From Azolla caroliniana (taxonomy: Eukaryota; Plantae; Polypodiophyta), in contig JBHGNT010000886.1 in assembly GCA_043228905.1 (NCBI GenBank), positions 1 through 14,229 on the forward strand: a stretch of DNA of 14,229 bases. Direction: 5' to 3'. The position numbers were made by a program, and so were the translations under genes. The notes under the pieces are model-generated. The model saw only the letters and a list, made by a program, of their open reading frames with translations. It was not told the DNA's origin and did not search any database. Shown here piece by piece: positions 9,702-14,229 of this stretch. Each line of letters starts with the position of its first letter. The first letter of the stretch is position 1.

Positions 9702-9980
9702 ATATGTGTCAATGAACATTCACCAATATGTGTGAGAACCTTATATCCAAAGATATATGATTCTTCCTCGTCTTTTTCACCATAACCAAAGCATACACAC
9801 ATGCATCCAAAGATGTTACCATCCCTCCATGGTACAAGTCTATAATGTATTCTACATGTACGAAATTAATGTCGTGAATATATGTATTTTTACATGTTTA
9901 CAACGTTTGGGTAGTTCAGGATCTTGAAGCTTCTCTTATTGTTGCAATTTTCCAACGACTCTAGTGTGTAGTGAAAAAAA

Positions 9981-10280
9981 TCATGTAATCCGAGGCTCAA
10001 GGAGGATTGGAAGGCCCTTCGTAGGGTAGGGCAAGGGGTTCATTGATATGAGTTCGTTGGGATCCTCGAGGGTCCACGAGAAATGAGTGACCAAGCGATG
10101 GATGATGGCGAGAAGCTCCATGCGTGCGAACTCGTTGCCCAGACACATCCTCGGGCCCCCGCCAAACGGGACGAATGTGAACGGACCCGGGCCTGCTCCT
10201 TCGAAGCGAGACGGATCGAACTTCTCCGGCTCCTGGAAATACTTGGGGTTCCGATTGGTGGAGTTCACGGACCAGAATAT
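9981..10280 (-). CDS. P450 copy B exon 3 (PERF and heme-binding Cys)
   Basis: Acceptor GCACACAG|ATA TTC TGG. Encodes IFWSVNST...FDPSRF...[10 protein letters not shown]...LEPRIT with TGA at 9983..9981. Confidence 0.92.
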   Translation of the reverse strand: MFWSVNSTNRNPKYFQEPEKFDPSRFEGAGPGPFTFVPFGGGPRMCLGNEFARMELLAIIHRLVTHFSWTLEDPNELISMNPLPYPTKGLPILLEPRIT

Positions 10281-11669
10281 CTGTGTGCAGAGAAAATATA
10301 ACAACCAAATGCATGATGGATCAAATCAGCTTAGAGCTCCCATGGTGGAAGTTGTCACTATTGATTCATGGAGTTCTCTCACCTTCCATGATTTGGGGAT
10401 TCTGAAGCCATCGAAACTCATGTCTTCCTGTGCCACTCTGAATGACCCCTGTGCTGCTGGCACCAGCCTCATCGATTCCTGCACCACTCTCCATGAAAGC
10501 TTCATCTTCTGTATATCTCCCCAATTCAAGAGCTCACCGGGGGCCTTGCTTGCCGCAATCTCCTTGTTCTCTGAGCAATCACCACCAAAATACACATACA
10601 AAAAATCATAAGACTTTATGTTCTCTGATCAAGAATTGATATATAACCATTTCATCCGAAAGAGATGATTGCGGGGGACATGAGACACACCTCTGTAAAC
10701 TTCATCCAATATGTCGGGATTAGATGCAAGATACTTGCAGGTTATGGTGGCTACAGAAGTGCTGGTATCATGGCCTGCAAAGAGCAACCCCAGGATGTTG
10801 TCCTTCACCTGCTTGTCGGAGAAAGGTTGTCCATGCTCATCCGTAAATGCCAGAAAGCCAGAGAGGACGTCATGTCCAGTGACCAAGCCAGCAGCCATAT
10901 TCCTCCTTCTCTCCTCGATCCATACCTGCAACTGCTTTCTTATCGCATCCGAAGCTGCGATTCCTTTGCTATATGCTGTTCCTGGGATGTTGATTGGCAG
11001 CTGAAAGAGGCCTTTCACCATGGCGTCGAAGGGACGATGGAGCATATCTTGATCTTCTCTGTCCCCTATACCAATGAAAACCTCACAAGCTATGGAGAAC
11101 ATGAGCTTCTTCATGAAGGGGTAGAGAGCAACCTTAGATTGGCCTTCAAGGCGATCTCTTATGAATGCTAGCGCAATGAGATCGACGCGGCTCGTGTATC
11201 TTTGCAAGGATTCGGGCCGCAAGAACTGCATGAGCGCATTGCGTATGCGAGTGGCACGATGCCCGACACACCCCACGAGGGATTCATTCCCAAGAACAGA
11301 GACAACGCTAATGGGCCACACGGAGTGGCTGTTAGAGAAGGCTGCCTTGTTACCTGCCGGGCTAGCGAGGACTATTGTCGGAGAAGCCAATAAGCTCGTC
11401 TTGAAGGTCTCTCCATAGGCTGAGATGTGGTCATCCAAGAATTTCCATGGGATCCCATTCCTTAGAGCTCTGAGAAACTCTAGGGTTTCACCCACAAATG
11501 GAAGGCCGAAACGACCCGGAGGTAAGGGAAGGTTCTTCTCTTTCCGGCTCTTATTATTCTGGCTTGAAGGTCTCCATAGCTGGTGTAGCGCTGCTATTAG
11601 TAGTAGAGACAGAGTAACCCCAACAATGAGCTCTAGAGGGATGATGGAGGTGAAGCTCACCATAGCCAT
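9981..11669 (-). CDS. CYP716: Intact cytochrome P450, CYP85 clan, CYP716-like (probable terpenoid oxidase), copy B: join(11669..10691,10570..10383,10280..9981), 488 aa
   Basis: N-terminal membrane anchor, [17 protein letters not shown] hinge, [11 protein letters not shown]-helix LFAGHDTS, K-helix ESMR, FDPSRF and heme motif [10 protein letters not shown]. Two GT-AG introns (120 and 102 nt) give 979+188+300=1467 nt with no internal stop. The family is assigned by motif resemblance; CYP725 or CYP718 cannot be fully excluded. Confidence 0.93.
10383..10570 (-). CDS. P450 copy B exon 2 (K-helix ExxR)
   Basis: Acceptor TTGCTCAG|AG AAC AAG and donor TGG AAG|GTGAGA. Encodes ENKEIAASK...ESMRLVP...IPKSWK. 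Confidence 0.92.
10691..11669 (-). CDS. P450 copy B exon 1
   Basis: ATG at 11669..11667. Ends ...GTT TAC AGA G|GTGTGT, a phase-1 donor at 10690. Confidence 0.92.
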
Positions 11670-11713
11670 GTGTCACCAATAGTAGCGATAGTTCTCCTTC
11701 TTCTTGTCTAATC

Positions 11714-11848
11714 TGTTGTGTTGTCCTTCATCATGGAGAAGAAGTCCTAATGATATTTGGGCTTCATTAGTTACCATTTGGTAGGCCCAAATGATAACCC
11801 CAATTTACATGAAATCTTATCTAGATAGACCTTTATATTTAAGAGGAA
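11714..11848 (+). promoter_or_regulatory. Truncated remnant of the shared LTR-like element, forming the proximal upstream region of intact copy B, with a TATA-like box
   Basis: Homologous to 8958-9130 and 13642-13776, and begins TGTTG 44 bp from the ATG. Homology stops just after CTTTATATTTAAGAGGAA, which reads CTTAAATATAAAG on the gene strand ~165 bp upstream of the ATG. Promoter function is inferred. Confidence 0.5.
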
Positions 11849-12396
11849 GCTACTCCGGGAAATACTTCGGTTCCGATTGGTTTCACATATCTACGTGTGT
11901 GCAACAAGTCATTAATATATTTCTACATGTGTGCAAATAGTGCGAGGATATTTCTACTCAAGATCGTACCGAACCTTTTTTCAAAGATAGGGAAGGATCA
12001 ACCTATCATACCAATGAATTGAAGCCAAGCTTTAGGAATCACGAGAAAGGTCAATCTCAACCACATCTTGATTGTCAATAAACCAAGGCAAAGGGCCTCA
12101 AAAAGAGTCTTGGTTATCGATCACTCCTCCCTGAAACAAGCCTAGGCTATAATTTACGATAAATTCCAAACTGCTTATAGCTTGTGGAACTTCCTTGGAT
12201 ATGTAGCATTCCAAACATGCCCCAAATATGAAAATTAGAGGTTATCGTGTGCTTGACCAAAGGAATGGCCGAGCATCCTCCGTCGTTTTGTACGTGATTA
12301 TTTTACTTTAGAGAATTTGAAGCTTAGGCCTTCCCAAATCAACATAATTAGTAAAGTAAAAAAGATCAAGGACCTTTCTTCCTCACCATAGTCTAA

Positions 12397-12654
12397 CTAT
12401 AGATTTGAAATGTGGTCATCCAAGAATTTCCATGGGATCCCTTTCCTTAGAGCTCTGAGACACTCTAGGGTTTCACCGACAAATAGAAGGCCGAAACCAC
12501 CTGGAGGTAAGGGAAGGTTCTTCTCTTTCCGACTCTTATTATTTTGGCTTGAAGGTCTCCATAGTTGGTGTAGCGCTGCTATTAGTAGTAGAGACAGAGG
12601 TACCCCAACAATGAGCTCTAGAGGGATGATGGAGGTGAAGCTCACCATATCCAT
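12397..12654 (-). pseudogene. CYP716-like 5' gene fragment, copy C (first ~83 codons only)
   Basis: [83 protein letters not shown] is nearly identical to copy B. Homology ends abruptly at ~12406 and TAG follows at 12399..12397. Confidence 0.93.
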
Positions 12655-12658
12655 GCGT

Positions 12659-13597
12659 TGTCGCGAAGATTGTGGTTGTGTGTCGCAACCGCCGGGGTTC
12701 TGTGACTTGGGTATGAATGGGGTGAAAACGTGTAATTGCAAACGGTGCAATGACAAGAAGTTGAGAAAGCAAGATAAATGCAACGTTGTCGCGAAAAGAA
12801 TTTTACTTGTAAAACAACCACTTACAATATTTATTTGCCAAAAGTTACTTGGCAAGACTTGAACTCACAAACTCCATTTGAGAAGAAGCATTTGAGATAG
12901 ACCACTTCAATCTCTCTAGTTTCTTTTTATTTGTCTTTCTCTTTTACTTTATATATATGCTAAATTTATATTACAAAATTTAATTACCAAAAGAAATTGT
13001 TTGAAGAGGATTCAAACTCACGACCTTTTGTTTACAAAGAGACATTTGAGATACACCACTTTAACTTCTTCCTTTTCTTATAGGCCCTTTCTTTTCTTTA
13101 ACTCTTCTGTTAATTTATGCAGGCCACCATCTTCTTTGGCGAGCTCTGCATCCCATACCCACGCGAGCTTCTTCACTCGCTTTTCCTTCTCTTCCTTCTC
13201 CTTCTCCTCCTCCCTTCCCTTTAGCCACCATAGGCGTGGCTTATATAGGGTGTTCAACCACCCTATCACCCTCTTCAGGCGGTTGTATTTTAATTTTAAT
13301 TTTAATTTAATTTAATTTAATTTTCTTTATTTATTGATGCTACAATTCAGTTTTATAGTTCTATATTTAAGAAATTATAGAAATAGCCCTTATTTAATTT
13401 TGACTCCCCCTTTTGACATAATTACATTTTTGTCCCAAGTAACATTAATCCTTCCGAAGCTTGTATCTTGGGCTTCTGAACTTCGATTCACGAACCGAAA
13501 ATTCTTTCATGCTCTTTGTCATAAGCTCCAGATGGGAAATGTACTTCTATAGATTTTTGACATTGTTTTCACATCGTGAAGTGTCAACTTCACGACA
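12659..13597 (-). mobile_element. 939-bp insertion, best read as a solo LTR, placed 4 bp upstream of the copy C ATG
   Basis: Absent from copies A and B (B reads CCAT-GTGT-CACC). Termini TGTCGCGAAG...CTTCACGACA are a 9/10 inverted match with TG...CA ends. Flanks GCGT (12655-58) and GTGT (13598-601) fit a 4-bp TSD with one mismatch. Minus-strand CCCTATATAAG at ~13250-13240 is followed by a purine-rich run. The insertion is certain, its class less so. Confidence 0.6.
13288..13324. repeat. (TTTAA)n / (TTTTAA)n AT-rich microsatellite
   Basis: TTTTAATTTTAATTTTAATTTAATTTAATTTAATTTT is directly visible. Confidence 0.85.
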
Positions 13598-13641
13598 GTG
13601 TCACCAATAGTAGCGATAGTTCTCCTTCTTCTTGTCTAATC

Positions 13642-14131
13642 TGTTTTGTTGTCCTTCCTCATGGAGAAGAAGTCCTAATGGTATTTGGGCTTCATTAGTT
13701 ACCATTTGGTAGGCCCAAATGATAGCCCCAATTTACATGAAATCTTATCTAAATAGACCTTTATATTTAAGAGGAAACAACAAATGTGAGAATAAAAAGA
13801 GAAGAAAAGAAGCCGTCGAAATTCAAATAACTAAAAATATCCTGGTGTTGTGGCGCCTGAATTTTATCTGCTTTGATCGACGACTAGTGATATCTAGGGA
13901 GGTTGTACCCGGTTGTAAACTGAATTATAGTGGAAGTTATGGTACCCTAAGGGTCTTGTTCTTTTTTCCTTGATATGGGGTTTCCATGTAAAAGTCTTCT
14001 GTGTTCGATTGTTATTATTTATTTCCTGTCGTATCGGCTATTACTTCTTGTCCACTTGCCCACTAGATCTTGTCATTGTTTGTAGAACGTGGTCGGTTTG
14101 TTTTATTGAATCGGATTCTACGCATTTAACA
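13642..14131 (+). mobile_element. Paralogous copy of the older solo-LTR-like element upstream of copy C, with an internal ~200-bp deletion
   Basis: Collinear with 8958-9701 (GATATCTAGGGAGGTTGTACCC, TATAGTGGAAGTT, GGGGTTTCCATGTAAA) and ends CATTTAACA. The segment matching ~9256-9457 is missing at ~13882. Homology continues through the flank, 14130-14229 vs 9700-9806. Confidence 0.62.
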
Positions 14132-14229
14132 ATATGTGTCGATGAACATTGAACAATATGTGTGACAATAATACATCCAAAGACACATATGATTCTTTTT
14201 CACCATAACCACACCATACACATATGCAT

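Noticed and set aside
10629-10690. C-terminal [20 protein letters not shown] of the 346-aa ORF as coding
   Set aside because: It is read-through into intron 1. The GT donor at 10690 and AG acceptor at 10571 restore the P450 frame.
9981-11669. Calling the gene a taxoid hydroxylase (CYP725A) or beta-amyrin 28-oxidase
   Set aside because: The resemblance is family-level only. Substrate cannot be inferred from motifs, and no pathway partner is present in the window.
10083-11682. Plus-strand ORFs overlapping the P450 (and their equivalents at 1559-2094 and 12410-12862)
   Set aside because: They are antisense shadows of P450 coding sequence with no independent motifs.
12397-12855. 152-aa chimeric ORF running from the insertion into copy C
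   Set aside because: It starts at a non-ATG codon inside the inserted element. Only the part from ATG 12654 is P450-derived, and it lacks all catalytic motifs.
12845-13068. Functional tRNA genes
   Set aside because: No convincing acceptor or anticodon stem pairing and degenerate boxes, so these are reported only as tRNA-like remnants.
13574-13600. Canonical Helitron 3' end or CACTA terminus
   Set aside because: The hairpin is not followed by CTRR. The CACTG reading lacks a matching left end (CGTTG) and a 3-bp TSD.

Overview
Eukaryotic (land-plant) genomic DNA. The window holds a minus-strand tandem array of three CYP716-like (CYP85-clan) cytochrome P450 paralogues. Copy B is an intact three-exon gene (11669..9981, 488 aa after splicing). 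Copy A is a pseudogene (8905..8754 plus 2291..1448) split by a solo LTR, and that LTR itself contains a ~5.7 kb RTE-X-like LINE with degenerate ORF1 and ORF2. Copy C is a 5' fragment only (12654..~12406), cut off from its upstream region by a 939-bp TG...CA insertion. All three copies have the same older solo-LTR-like sequence ~45-50 bp upstream of the ATG. A decayed L1/Tx1-type LINE fragment sits at the left edge. There are no prokaryotic features, no CRISPR array and no intact RNA gene. The most notable observations are the shared LTR-derived proximal upstream region, the in-frame ORF1-TAA-CGG-ORF2 junction and duplicated CpG-rich 5' monomer of the LINE, tandem tRNA-like A/B boxes inside the 939-bp insertion, and a shortened substrate-recognition loop in the P450. 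All family assignments are by motif recognition only; no database search was run.
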